From: Perkinsus chesapeaki ATCC PRA-425
Taxonomy: Eukaryota; Protista; Perkinsozoa
Reading direction: 5' to 3'
DNA: 64,000 bases
Assembly (NCBI GenBank): GCA_013115145.1
Contig: JAAPAO010000005.1
Location: 1 to 64,000 of the forward strand
Numbering within the stretch: the first letter of the stretch is position 1; each line of letters starts with the position of its first letter. The translations under genes and the position numbers were made by a program. The notes beneath the pieces are model-generated. The model was not told the origin of the DNA. It was given only the letters and a program-made list of their open reading frames with translations, and made no database searches. Below are positions 26,221 to 39,003 of this stretch, piece by piece.

Positions 26221-27830
26221 TGTAGTTGATGCTTGGTACTGCAAGTTCCACCGAGAACCGCGGTATTATCCGTCACTCGCCACGAATTATAGTTCGTAGC
26301 AATTTCATTCTCGTTTCGGACGTCCATGTTGAGGCGCCCTTTTATCAGGTCACCGCCTTCGCCAATCGTTTTGCCGTTGTTCGTCGCACATACATCCAAT
26401 CGCGTGTGCTGGAGTTGGCCTCGAACAGTACTACTGCTCGATCGACCCTGGCGGCAATGGCAGCACTACAGAGTAGCTCTGGGGTGCTGCGTCGAACACC
26501 GATATCGAATGGAGATGGCCGCAGTTCGAAGGGTAAGTGGTTCATCCGTTACAATTCACAGTGTGCTATGCCTCCAGTGCGCTCGGTTTCGGTTGATGCT
26601 CTCTCTGTGCCGTCTGATACGTCAACTTACGGATCGCCGGTGCTCGGTCCTTCTACCACGGATGATGTCATTCAAAGGCGACGATGCGCTTCTAGCAGTG
26701 GCAGAAAGTAAGCGATGTTTGTAGCTCTGATGAAGATGAGGATGATGTGCTTTAGGCTACGATCGATGAGTTCGTACGCTGATAAGACTGTCGAGGCTGT
26801 TGCAGCAGCGAGTCGAAGCTAATTTTCTAAACACCACATTAAAGACTAAGCCTTTGTTTCTTATTCAGTTTTCGAGACCGAGAGGGGATGTTTCGTCAGT
26901 TTGGTTGTCGTCGGCGTTTGTGCTGCTGCTGCATATTAAATGCTGCGGGCCCTTGCTTAGAGTAGTTCCTGTACAGACTGTTGTTATGCTCTTCGTCATC
27001 TTTCGCCTTGAAGATCGAACTCCTACATAGACGCGAAAGCTTTGTTGTGCTAGTCAATTAATGTGGCGATGTGAAGGTCTGAGTGCTCGAAATGCAAAGC
27101 AGCTGCCCAGGGGTCACCATTGTAGAGTGAATAACGTTGGAGAGATGGATTTATAGAACACTGGGCTCTGAAAAGTGACACTGGAAGCCGTATGAGGGCA
27201 TATATTTAGGATATTGTCTTGAGAAGCCTTAACAGAAAGAGAGTCGCTACTAGCGACTGAGCTATGAGCCGCTTTATTTAGTTAAGTGATGATAAAGTTT
27301 ATTATTATTATGAAGATGGGGGCTAATCAGGGTTAGCCTTCATATTAAACATCATTCATTGAGAACACAATCGACAAGTGCTCGATGAAATGCTGTTGCT
27401 CCTGGTCGATCTCATAGTAACCCAACACTATCTTCTTAAGTGATAATGACGATAACAATGGAGGGATCAAAGGGAAAAGGAGTTATTCTACTCTAACCAA
27501 CTAATCTATGTACTTGCGTGCCCTTTAGCTACCAATGGGAAGTGCAAGTAAGTACAAGTAAACAAGTTGGAATCCGCGCACAGCAACAGTACGACAAGTG
27601 GACAGATCGAAGAGCATAGGCAGTCTTAGAAGCCTGAGAGGCTTCAGAAGCTGAGCTTCTAACTCGACAGAGGACAAAGGACAAAAGGCCAGTGCTGACA
27701 AACGCGTATGACCGATTGATAATTGATACTGGCTACTACTGACTACTCCAAGATTAGACACTTCCTGAGATAACAATTGCGGAACCACAATTATAATATT
27801 ATTTACATAGATGATCTGATTGTTGCTAAT

Positions 27831-28214
27831 CTAACAAGCCTTCAATGGATAATTTCCAAGCTGTGTGACATAAAGTGTATTATCCTTGTAGTTGAGTTTA
27901 GCAAGTTGATCGGCGCTGATGGGAACACCGAGTTTCTTGATCAAATCCCCCAGCTTGTCCACAGACTTCACGGTGACATCACCAGTAGACGCTTCATACG
28001 TATATTCTAAGCCAGTCTCACGAACGCTCTTCGTCTCACCGCCGGTAGGGGTCCATGAGCCCTCGACGTTGAATGCCGACGAGGAGGTAACCGTTATTTT
28101 GAAAGTGGCCTTGCCGAAGGGGGTATCAGGTGCCCCACAGTAGCTCCCAGTAGGACCATTGCCAACAATGGCGCAGACGACTGTTGATAGAACGAAGTTG
28201 ATCAGGATGCGCAT
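27831..28214 (-). CDS. Small secreted two-Cys protein, family copy 1 (127 aa, intronless)
   Basis: Intact ORF MRILINFVLSTVVCAIVGNGPTGSYCG...SWTPTGGETKS...LYVTQLGNYPLKAC; signal peptide; paralogous to 30376, 32292 and 39004. Confidence 0.9.
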   Translation of the reverse strand: MRILINFVLSTVVCAIVGNGPTGSYCGAPDTPFGKATFKITVTSSSAFNVEGSWTPTGGETKSVRETGLEYTYEASTGDVTVKSVDKLGDLIKKLGVPISADQLAKLNYKDNTLYVTQLGNYPLKAC

Positions 28215-28299
28215 TATGGAAACAACGAACGAACCTAAATGCTATAAAAGCGGCATGCTCGATGAATATATCGGACAAATCTCGCTGAGGCTAGCTTTT

Positions 28300-28632
28300 C
28301 CTATGCTAGCTAAATGTCTCCATTGTAGAAGAATGGATACCATTAGAAGCTCGGTGTGACCTGTGCGCACCAGGTGAACTTTTCGCTGGGAACTTTGAAT
28401 CGGCAATAATGCGGCTGAGTTGGGCTCGTGTAGCTCTTCGTCTCGCCTTCGTCTCGCCACCGGTGGGGGTCCATGAACCCTCGATTGTGCAGGCCGCTTC
28501 AGAGGTTACTGTTACGTTGACGTTTCCTTTTCCGTCCTTAGTTTCGGGGGCCGCGCAGAAACTTCGTGTTGGTTGACCTCCAACAATGGTGTACACGACA
28601 GCGAATAGGACAACGCTGATCAGAGTGCGCAT
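28300..28632 (-). pseudogene. Small secreted protein family copy 2, frameshifted
   Basis: MRTLISVVLFAVVYTIVGGQPTRSFCAAP...SWTPTGGETK, then an 11-nt tandem duplication (TTCGTCTCGCC x2, 28437-28458) and further indels destroy the family C-terminus. Confidence 0.85.
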
Positions 28633-31330
28633 TGTAGAGATAAACCTTAATAAGAGAACTGCTCTAGGTAATTCTATACACGTAGTGATACGAGGCGGTG
28701 TAACTTGCCCGGCATCATTCTTGTCATCCGCTATAACCGTTGTGCTTGTGTGACATATTGTACGTGTCATAGCACTCATCGACGATCATGCGCTACTTGT
28801 CTCGGGTGATCCTGTTAGATTCACCTAACGCTGAATCATAGTTATTTGTAGCTTGTTCGACACTTAATTGTCGAGTGTACTCGCGGCTAGGCTCACTACC
28901 CGCCAAAAACGCCGCTGCGTGGCGCAAGGGGTACGGAAAACGAAGTGTCACCTCGCCCAGCGTGACACATTCCGAGCGTTCCACGGCCGCCGTGGGAATT
29001 TGGACAATTGAAAGGAAACTTTAGGTTCGGACATTCCCAAGCTAGCGCTCCAGCAGTGGTTTTCACTGAGGTCATTTTATGCTAACGGAGCGCCGCTTTC
29101 TGTTTCTGTTCCGGACTTTCAACTTCTACGGGAATCTTCCGAATCGTGCGCCAGATTTCTCTGAATCTTCCTTTGGCTCCATTTTCCAATCGAACGAGCA
29201 CATCGTCAATCGGATTCTCACGGTTAGAGTGCTCAGACTCTGCATGCAAGTGTTAAATAACCCCTGGTGCATAGTACTATATGCACTCCCTTGTTGCCGA
29301 ATCCCCATATTTTCCTCTCTGGGGGACCCTGTTACCTCAAGGGTGTTGCACCATGGATTTGTCTCATGCCTTGAGATGCTTCGAAACTGTGTGGACGCTA
29401 ACGAGAGAGCGCGTTCAGCTCAGCCAATGACCCTGGAGGGCAAACGCGATGTTCACGAACGTGGGTTCGTCGAAATTCTGACAATGAAAGCAGAATCTGA
29501 TTAATTCGAAAGACAGGCTCCGCCTGAATTTTCCTCCAAGTTGGCTAGGCGGCGGGGTAGTTCGAGCTTGTTGGTGCTCCACCCGTGAGTCTCACTGTGA
29601 GACCCTCACAGCGCGAGAGAACCTAGCCGAGCGCGAGATTGCGCGCGTATGTCCTCTGCAACACACTTGACCGACTTCATTGATTCATGGACGGCTTAAC
29701 GGCGAACCCCATGGCTGATTTCTGCAAGGTGGTGAAATTATTTCCCACCTGAGGAAATCAACGTGAAGATACGGGGCCTAGTTGATGGATTGAGTAGCTG
29801 AAATATGATCGGTTACTCATCTCGATGTTGAATCGAATGTGATGTTTGGGCCGGTACGGCTCAGCCGAAATAGACATTCGATGTGCTTCGCTTCCGATTT
29901 GCTTCCAAACAAGCTCATTCTGAGGGATCCAGCTTCGGTTGGTCTCGGTCGGCTCTCGCTCAGAATATCGATAAGGAATAAAACAGAAGGTCAATTCACC
30001 GTATCAGCGATATGAGATGACTAAGTTGGAGTCGGCAGACCGAGTCTGCCAGACTCTGGCGGCCATCGTGAACATTGAGTGTTCAACAGCTCAACTGCGT
30101 TACATCCTATGTTTTCGTGCGATGGTCATGTTAAATTTCTCTTTAACGGCAAGCCATGTCACACTTGGGGAAACACAATCCTAATGACATCGTTAGCAAA
30201 TGCTTGATACAGTCATTTACTAGAGGGCATATGTAGCTTGTAGCCTCAGAGGGCCTGCTCACAATATGCCCAGGCTGACTAAATAAAATGACGTTGGTTT
30301 TATGTCACAGACTTTTACTAGGTGATATTTCTAGTTGGGATAGACAATATGGGATAATAATGATATGACGCAAATCTAGCATGCTGGCAAAGGGTAATCA
30401 CCAAGATTTGTAACGTAGAGCGTGTTATCCTTCAACTTGAGATGAGCAAGCTGTTCGGCACTGAGGGGAGCACCAATCTTGTCGATCAAGTCCTGCAGCT
30501 TATCCAAAGACGTGACGGTAACATCTCCTGTAGGCGAGTAGTACTGATACCCTACGCCAGTCTCACTGCCGCTCTTCGTTTCGCCGCCTCTAGGGGTCCA
30601 TGAAGCCTCTATGCTAAAAGTAGAGGAAGAAGTCACGGTTATCTTGAGCACCGCATCGCCGACAGGAGTGTGAGGTGACCCGCAGTAACTCCCTGTTGGT
30701 CCGTCACCAACAATGGCGCGCACTAAAACAAATAGGGCAACGCTGGTTAAAGTTCGCATCATCTACGTAGATAATGATAAGGGAACTGCTCTAGATAAAT
30801 GAATTCACGTATTGATACTAGAAGGGTTACGCCTGGCCGCGATAAGCTTTGATCTCCGCTATAACCGTTGTGCTTGTGTGACATATTACGTGTCCTAACG
30901 CTCAGCGAAGATAACTCGATATTTTTCCTGGGGTGATCCTGCCCGACTCACATAACGCTAACAGTTGGTCCCTTGTAACCCATTCCATACTAACTTATTG
31001 ACCGTGCTCGCGACTGGGCTCATCGCCTGGTGCTCAATGCCGCTGTATGGTGCTAGAAGGCTTCTAGTAGAAGCCCGGAAGATGAAGTGTCACCTCGGCC
31101 AGTGTGACACATTTTAGTCAGCCGGAGATTCGGACAACCGAACGAAATTTAGGAGTTCGAAAGCTCGGTAAGTAGCAGTGGCTCCGTCACAGTATAAAAC
31201 AAAGTCAGTATAAGCCCAATATAGATTATACTGATTCATGCCACTGACCAGTGGCCAGGCGTGAGTTCCCGTTTCCGTTTCGGACTTCTAGCTTATACGT
31301 GAAACGTGGGAGCTTTGAATCTGGGGGATT
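28330..31330. repeat. Tandem segmental duplication carrying copies 2 and 3 with upstream DNA (~28330-29170 vs ~30376-31330)
   Basis: Shared non-coding blocks: GAACTGCTCTAG, CCGCTATAACCGTTGTGCTTGTGTGACATATT (identical), GAAGTGTCACCTCG.CCAG.GTGACACATT, and TTTC.GTT.CGGACTT. Confidence 0.75.
30376..30762 (-). CDS. Small secreted two-Cys protein, family copy 3 (128 aa)
   Basis: Intact ORF MMRTLTSVALFVLVRAIVGDGPTGSYCG...LYVTNLGDYPLPAC. Confidence 0.9.
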   Translation of the reverse strand: MMRTLTSVALFVLVRAIVGDGPTGSYCGSPHTPVGDAVLKITVTSSSTFSIEASWTPRGGETKSGSETGVGYQYYSPTGDVTVTSLDKLQDLIDKIGAPLSAEQLAHLKLKDNTLYVTNLGDYPLPAC

Positions 31331-32291
31331 CCTCTTAGTAACAAGAAGAAACCCTCGAGGACCCCTGGGAAATCCTTGTGCCATACAGTATATGGTATAC
31401 ACACTACGACGCGCGACGCAGCTCGTCACAGGCAACAGACTGGACACATAGGGGGTATAACATAACTGTAACTACACAAGGCACTCCTTGGAGGAATGAG
31501 CTTCTCAGTCGCAAGCTCCCACTCTCCTCAGGTCGTGACGCTTCAGAACGTATTCTCCGTGACGAGCGCAAGAAACGCCCTCCGACAATGCACAGTAAAG
31601 AAACAGAAGCAATCGCAGTACATCAAAAACTCCACCCCCACCTACTTCCACGACATGAACTTGGTTGATCCCTCAAAGTTGGGGAAAACTAGCATCCTCT
31701 TAGTAGCTCTTAGTAACTTTAGTCCTCTTTGAGGTCACAGAGCAGTTACCCACCAGGATCGCATCCCGAGATGCACCTCCATGAACTGCAACTTGATCTG
31801 ATCTATTAAGAACCACATACTGACCGTCAGTATGCGTAGGAGAGATTCGAATAACAGAGCAATCGTATAAGCGGAGCAATCGTACAGGAGGATGCGAGAG
31901 GAAAGTGAGGCTTTCAGCTGACCCGCGGCTCCTAGTCGCTTCCTTCGTCTTGCAAAACGTGAGTACGGGAGTGGCAACATTCCAATAGAAAGCTCTAGCT
32001 TTGCGCTAGGCTGCCTAATAGAACCTGCTCGCGGCTATCACCGTTATGTATCCCCTATTAAAGACTCAACTCTAGCAATACTCCTTGACCGAATACAATC
32101 TATTATATCCTTCCAGCGACCAGAGCGCTGTTTCATATGTTGCTGATGACTGGACCAGAGCCGGTTAATAGGGTACCCGAGCCGACAAAATGGAGCAGCG
32201 TTCACATTACCCACTGGGAAATGAGATCCACTACTTGTTATTATTACTAGACTAGATCATATGAGACGACAAATAATAATTAGACACAAAA

Positions 32292-32675
32292 CTAGCAGGA
32301 CTTCAGAGGAAAGTTTGCAAGACGGGTCACGTAAAGGGTATCATCTTTGAACTCAAGTTGAGCGAGCATGTCCGCGCTGAGGGGAGCGCCCATTCTTGCT
32401 ATCAAGTTCTTCAGCTTATCCAAACCCTTCACGGTCACTTTCCCTGTAGAGGTATCGTACTCGTACTCTACGTCATTCTCACTGCCGCTCTCCGTCTCAC
32501 CACCGATAGGGGTCCATGAAGCCTCGATATTGAATGTCGAAGAGGAAGTGATGGATATATTGATGGTCGCCTTGCCAAGAAAGGTATCAGCTGCCCCACA
32601 GTAACTCCCAGTAGGTCCATTGTCAACAATGGCGCAGGCGACTACCGATAGAATCACGTTTATCAGGATGCGCAT
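32292..32675 (-). CDS. Small secreted two-Cys protein, family copy 4 (127 aa)
   Basis: Intact ORF from MRILINVILSVVACAIVDNGPTGSYCG to LYVTRLANFPLKSC; start chosen by alignment to paralogs. Confidence 0.9.
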   Translation of the reverse strand: MRILINVILSVVACAIVDNGPTGSYCGAADTFLGKATINISITSSSTFNIEASWTPIGGETESGSENDVEYEYDTSTGKVTVKGLDKLKNLIARMGAPLSADMLAQLEFKDDTLYVTRLANFPLKSC

Positions 32676-32769
32676 TATGAGGATATGTAGATGATCGGAT
32701 GCCCGTACAGTCAGAAAAGGCAAACGGCTTAGAAGTTGTATCGCTACCCTCTGAAGCGGTCACACGGGG

Positions 32770-32804
32770 GTGACGTATTATGTGACATATTAGGTGACCT
32801 ATTC
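32770..32804. promoter_or_regulatory. Candidate cis-element: GTGACnTATT three times at 12-bp period upstream of copy 4
   Basis: GTGACGTATTA (32770), GTGACATATTA (32782), GTGACCTATTC (32794). GTGACATATT lies at a similar distance upstream of copies 2 (~28750) and 3 (~30878). Function inferred only. Confidence 0.4.
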
Positions 32805-34232
32805 GTATAAGCCAAATTTATCCTCAATGTTCGCCTAGCATATCCCCTGCTATTCAGACTTGGCGAACACTCAAGTAAGTTGTTCGCGCCATAGTATGCT
32901 TGAAATGTTTCATCAAGAATGCCGACACAAGATACCGTATGTAGAACCGCAGCATCAGTTGTTCACCGCCGCGCAGTCGTGACATCTTACACTTCAGTGC
33001 CATTGTGAGAATCTCGGTCTAGGAGTGCTTTGTGTGTTTTGGAGTTCACAGGTACGGTCCGTGACGGACTTCGGATGGATCTCGTCGAGAACATCTCGAA
33101 GATCCATCATTTGTGAATCAGCGTTATTTAACATCAGTAGCTAGTACTGGGTCTGCTCAAATGCTCTTTCCAGAGGTCGGGTTGAGGCGTATATAGGCTC
33201 TTGTCACGAGGCGTACTTCTTTATGATACTATATGTTCTAGATGGCGCGTACTGTACCTCAGCAGTGCGTCTCCATCACAGTTGTTAAATATTCATACGC
33301 AGGCGGTTGCGACTCGACTTCCAACGGGGATTCGAGCAGAAGTGAGCATCTTTTCATTTTCACAACTCTTGCCAACACCGAGACCAATGAGCGTGCTCGG
33401 GCAGTGTGGTCAATCCTTTCGAGCTGGGAATTAATCCGGGGTGCCCATCGACGAGTTCATACATTTAAGGCATGTGTTAGGCTTCAGTCGGGGATTGTGC
33501 ATGCGTGCAGAACCTCTCGGAACCCGTGAGCCAGAAGGCGGAATCTCGTTTGGCATTGCGTACTACTCAATGCGTATCATGTATGATAAGGCAGTTCTAG
33601 AGATTGTTAGCTTTTTTGACTATCGGTCGAAGGTGTATCTCGCTCGCCGCCGTGCTAGAGAAGGGATATGAAACGGCTCGACGCACATTGAAGACAGCCG
33701 TATAATGTTAAAGACTTGACATCTTATTGAGAAACTCTCCGTCATATGTAAAACTGGGAAGTATGCACTCAGGATAGATACTCCCACACTACTAGAGGTC
33801 TAGTACCCTAATCTTCAGTCTTTTGACAAGGAGGAGCGGTTGGCAAAGCCGCGAGCTAGTCGAATTTGGATGTAGCACAAGGCTTGACATCGTCTTCGAA
33901 ATGTGGGTTTGGCTTATAATAGCTTTGTGTTTAGAATTGAAGAGTGCCCTATGTGATATAGTGTTAACGACTGTGCGGACTTCAACTAATAATACCCTAT
34001 AAGCTAATAAGCTGGTCCAGCTTACACACAGCGATGCCTTAGTGCCGCACTGGCCTTGCAAGGCAGTAGAATCAGTGTAACTTTCCAAACAACCGTGGGG
34101 AAGCTCTGAGCCTATGCGGGGCACTCACACCCTCATGGCGCCGGGGTGTTTGCTCGCTGTTGATGGAGTGATGCGTGGTAGGAATTGCCTCAGCTAGTTT
34201 TAAGTAATTCCCAACGACGCACAACATTCGCC

Positions 34233-37200
34233 ATGGATGAGACAAATGAGGTTCAAGACTTGCTTAAAAAGTGATTCGAGGATCAATGAAAGAATACCGA
34301 AATCAATCTCGAATAGATATAAGGCAGCAAGGACCGGAGGGTGGGATGAGCAAGGGGATGAGGTGGACGAACCTGACGTCAATGACGTCGGTGCAACAGC
34401 GCTGGTAAAAGAAAAAGAACCACTAGTAGACTCGGCCAAGTAACCATTGCCTTGGATTTAGAGGGCACTACAGCAGAGTTGGCAACAGGTTCAATATGTT
34501 CATTGCGGCTGCCATATGCATCAACGCGATTGTAGTTGGCATTGAGATCGATCAAGGCAACTTGACCGCCGATATTGGGGTACCCGACCGTCCTGTTTCA
34601 AAAAGCTCATGTCGCTTGTCAGTATCGATTTGGCTGGTATGCCATTGAGAATATATTCGTGCTCATCTTCACATGCGAACTCGTAGCCCGCCTGCGCCGC
34701 TATCGTCGTGTCTACTTCCGAGTAAGTCTAGCAAACTCCTCTAGGATATATTACACTCGCAACGCATTGAACTAAACTTACGTCAAGTTTGTGGCCCAAA
34801 AACGCCTTCGAGGCTTCATTTCAATGCTTCCCGCGGAATAGTGCATTGCCTTTTGTTTCGGAATTACATTCGATTGGTAATCTTTCTCCATCTTGTGTAA
34901 TATCACCTAATGGGGTGTATTATTAGGACCCCTGGAACTGTCTCGACTTCGTTATTATATCGCTGGGGATAGTCGAGACGTGGCTACTGGCACCAATCGG
35001 CAGTGCAGCTAATTTGCGGATGTTGACCACGCTGAGGTGACACGAGCCGATCTTATCCAAAATGGATTGCCTTAACTTCAGAGTCGTTCGTTTACTTCGG
35101 CTTGGTCGGTTAGTCCACCTGCTGAGATCATTCAAAGAGCTATGGCTCATTATTAACGGTATCACTATGATGATTGTCGTGTGTGAATTTTGCCTCTACC
35201 ATCAGGATTGCTCGACTCGTTAAAGACTCTTGGATGGGTGTCGCTCCTGTTGTTACTTGTATTATACGTCTGTGGGATATTTACTACTATTCAGATAGGA
35301 CAAGATATAAATACTTATGAAAAGTAAGCGACCATGTGCTCTTCTGTAGACCTCTAAGGTGCAGCGCCGTCCTAGACCATTTTATTAGGCGGAACACGAA
35401 GACGTTCGAGCATTTGCTTGGTTCCTTCAGTCTCATAAAAAGTTTCTTCAACCAGTTACACCCTTGGAGCAAGTTTTTTTCAATAAAATTAAATGAATTT
35501 TCCATCTTCGCTATTATTTTTTTCTTTATTGACCTTTGTTAAGCAGATACAGAGTGTCTTCGGGTGGATGGGACCATAAAGAGTACTTTGGTACAGTTCT
35601 TCGCAGTATGTACACACTGTTTCAGGTAGGCAATGACGAGCAGTTCGATAAATCCAGCTTCAAATTTCCCAGTCCGTCGCACTTTAAGACAAGTTGGGCC
35701 AGTTTTCTCTATGGACCGTAACTTAGCCCTATGACCCATAAGTGTAAATAATAGATCTCTGGGCTTAGCGGAAGGCAATTATTGCGGCGACTTGCATGTT
35801 TGTCACCTCTCAAAATCAACCTAAACACTTCTTTATGCTCATACATCACCAGAAAATTTGGCAATGCAAACTCATCAATCGCAGCACCTAATCATATCCC
35901 TAACGATGCGAAATATCATATCCGCCTCGGCGTGAAAAAATCCGCTGGAATATTTGGTTCGTGAAATTCATGCTCTCAGATCGTTACCTTGGAGAACTGG
36001 GCTGATGGGATCGTCCGTCATGTGGTCAGCAATGAGCCATTGATGGTTATATTCTTTGTATTGTTTATAATGCTTACGAGCTTCGGCCTCATGAACCTTG
36101 TTATTGGCATTATTGTCGAGAATACGTTAGCAACCGCACGGTAAGCTATCTGTGCATGAGCTGCTATTGGCCTGTGCAGCCTACGCTATCTTGCTCAACT
36201 GCATTGGAGCATATCATTTGCTCGGAGGAATTTCAGCTCGAGCTTTCCCTGAGTTGTCTTCGGATCCCAAAGTCAACTCAGGGAAAGCTTGAGCTGAAAG
36301 TCGGGTCCCAAAGTTTGGGATACCTCAGTCGTGTGTTGGAGTATTTTGCATTCTGCTCCGGATGAATCTCACGTCCTCTTTTTAAAAGGCGCTTCAAAAG
36401 CTTCGAAAGAGCCGAAGTTGCCTTTCCTAGGCCATTTGATGTAGGCAGTACACCGGAATTACCCGCTATATATCTATCTACATGAGTCGATATGACATGT
36501 AGATTTGTGTGTGTTACTCACTGTTACTGTAGACCGCAGATGGGTGTAAGCATGGGTTATATCACTACATACCTGTGTTTTCAGTAACAACGAAGACAGG
36601 ATAAGAAGAAGGCAGGAGAAGGAGAGATCTAGAGTTCTGGCACATCTCAAAGATATCTTTGAAATGGCTGACCAAGTATGCGTTAAGTATTACTACAACG
36701 GTCCTGTGATCATCACGTTATGAGTCGCAATTTATGGTGTTATCACAGCTCATTTCCAGCGAACGAACGAAAAGCTCACTATAGAAGTTTTCGGTCCCGC
36801 CTATGAGCAACAACTGCGTGTCATGCACTTCCGCTCAGGACGAGTCGGGAAGCCTCACCGTCGAAGAGTTCCGTCAGGCGATCCGCAATCCCGAGGTTCG
36901 ACATTCCTTGCGCGCAAGTTCTACGCTCCGAGAGTCCTGATCCTGAGATCTAGTCTCAGGCTTTGCTGATGTAACATAACCGTTGGCATGATTTTTGCAT
37001 AGGTGGAATCGAAATTGAAGCTCATCGATTTACCAGTAGCTGATGCCGAAGAACTCTTTATGGTTCTAGATCACGACGGCTCCGGAGAGCTTAGTGTGGA
37101 TGAGTTTATTGGAGGCTGTGTTAGATTGAAGGTTATCCGTTTCACGCTGCTCTCTCTCAGACTGTTGTTGGTGCAGGGAACGGCAAAGTCCAAAGATCTT

Positions 37201-38090
37201 CTCGCTGTACAAGTATCAGTGGAGTCCCTTGCAAAGCGACTAGATAAACTGGAGGGGTATCTTCGAGACTCCGAGCAGAAGGTGGGTATTGTCGGCCCGA
37301 TAATTATCATGAGTTGTAATCTCAACAAGCATTGTTTTTTCATTATCGTTACATAATCAGTCTCCGATCGGCGTATCTGTAAAGACAGTTCGAATCACAT
37401 TGAGGAATAATGAACTACAATGAAGAGCCGTTGCTTTTGTTGGTGAATAAGACCAGAATAAGAGTCTGACTCATCATTTATGTCCTGATAAGCCAGCTGT
37501 ATACATATTGTCAATTAGCTACAACCAACAACACTGGCTCAGAGCCATCAGTTAGGCTAATATAGAGGGTTAGCGTACGAGTGTGCGCAGACAGTCGCTC
37601 ATTTGCAATCCAAGATTTGGAATATCTGGCTGATTCTTGCACTACCCTGAGGAGCACGAAAGATGCAATACAACATGCTTTTTTAAAGCCAACTTTAGGG
37701 CTGAGCTATGTCCGTGGTGGCAGGAGCTTGTCTTAAGTGAAATTACCGTTATCTGATACTTCGTAATGTCCTTCACTTCATCGTTGTGGTGGTATCAGGT
37801 GGCAAGTCTCGATCATAAGACTAAGAGGATGCTGAGGGATGCTCTGGAGTTCTTCGCTCCTGATGAAGAGCCATTGTCCCCTATGGCGGGATCGAGCCAT
37901 AAGTATCATAGGTCACCAGGTGCAACAACTTCATGTGAGACATCGTAAGTACATTTTGCAGCTAAAATGGTCTTTAGTCGGGAGCGCTAACAAGAGCCCC
38001 AAGAGGACCGCTGGTCCAGGAGTCGGCCGTGCTGGAGTTCAACCGCCTATTCCGCCTTATCCTGATAGTGTAATCATTGTACAGGAATAG
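34233..38090 (+). CDS. Single-domain (6-TM) voltage-gated cation channel with two C-terminal EF-hands (EukCat/BacNav-like)
   Basis: S2 YAIENIFVLIFTCELVARL; S3 DPWNCLDFVII; S4 LRVVRLLRLGRLVHLLRSFK; S5 KTLGWVSLLLLLVLYVCGIF; pore FGTVLRSMYTLFQ|IVTLENWAD; S6 LMNLVIGIIVEN; EF-hands ADQDESGSLTVEEF and LDHDGSGELSVDEF. Only one channel repeat is present. Confidence 0.92.
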
Positions 38091-39003
38091 CGGAGGGAGA
38101 AAACGGTCACATTCAGATGCCAGATTTTTCTCGTTAGTGGAGACTGCATGCATATGTCTTGCTCCAAGCCGTAGTGGTATTTCTGTACGTCTTTAATGTT
38201 GCTTTTATGTAGTAGAACTCGGTATGTCGTTTACGTGTGAAGTTCAGTAGATAAAGAATGTTAAAAATAGGCCGCAGCGCGGCCATGGGGCTGCCTGCAA
38301 TATTACTTCTGGCTAGGATATTTAGGGGGGGGGTTACTGTTGAAACTTAGCGAAGGTTACTGCTAACTCACGATCTAAAATTGGAGCATGCGGCATGCGG
38401 CATGCCCATCGCCGTCCGACGCTGTTTGTTTGTTGAGTAGCCAACCCCGCGTGCCGTGGAGTGCTCTGAGCTCATCATTTCATTGGCGAGTACACGCTCA
38501 TTGAGGCGAACTTTGCGAACCCGTTTGGGTTCATACTATGATTTATAGTCTATAAGCTCTATAAGCATGGGTTTCCAACAGCAATGTCTCTCTATTCGCA
38601 TGAGAGAGGCATTCAGCTGTTCTACTGTGAGTGGCACTCACAGCGTGGCGTGCCAGGGTGGAAGTTAGCCTTGAGGTACGAGGCATACACAGGCGTCAGC
38701 AACCAGACTTCCTTACAGTATGGTGCACTGTGGCGAAAATATGAGAGTTGTTAACCAAGGCCATTGACAAAACAACACTTGCAGCTTTGAGACTAATACG
38801 GGTGAGACTTTGAAAAATCTGCTCGTTCATACTTCTAAGCCTGACAACTACCACGGTAATTGAAAGAATCGATTGCTGGAAATGACAAGAATCAGCTGCC
38901 TGCGATACTAACTGGGACGAGGCCTCACAGGCAAAGCTCCACAAAGTTCTCGCATGAGGTACTGTGTCCCATGAGACGTACCAGGTGAGACAACAAGTAG
39001 CAA

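Noticed and set aside
26226-27030. Overlapping ORFs on both strands downstream of the ACC-like gene
   Set aside because: Several frames are equally plausible, with no motif or closable exon chain.
27525-27788. LKPLRLLRLP, resembling a channel S4 segment
   Set aside because: No flanking TM helices; likely chance.
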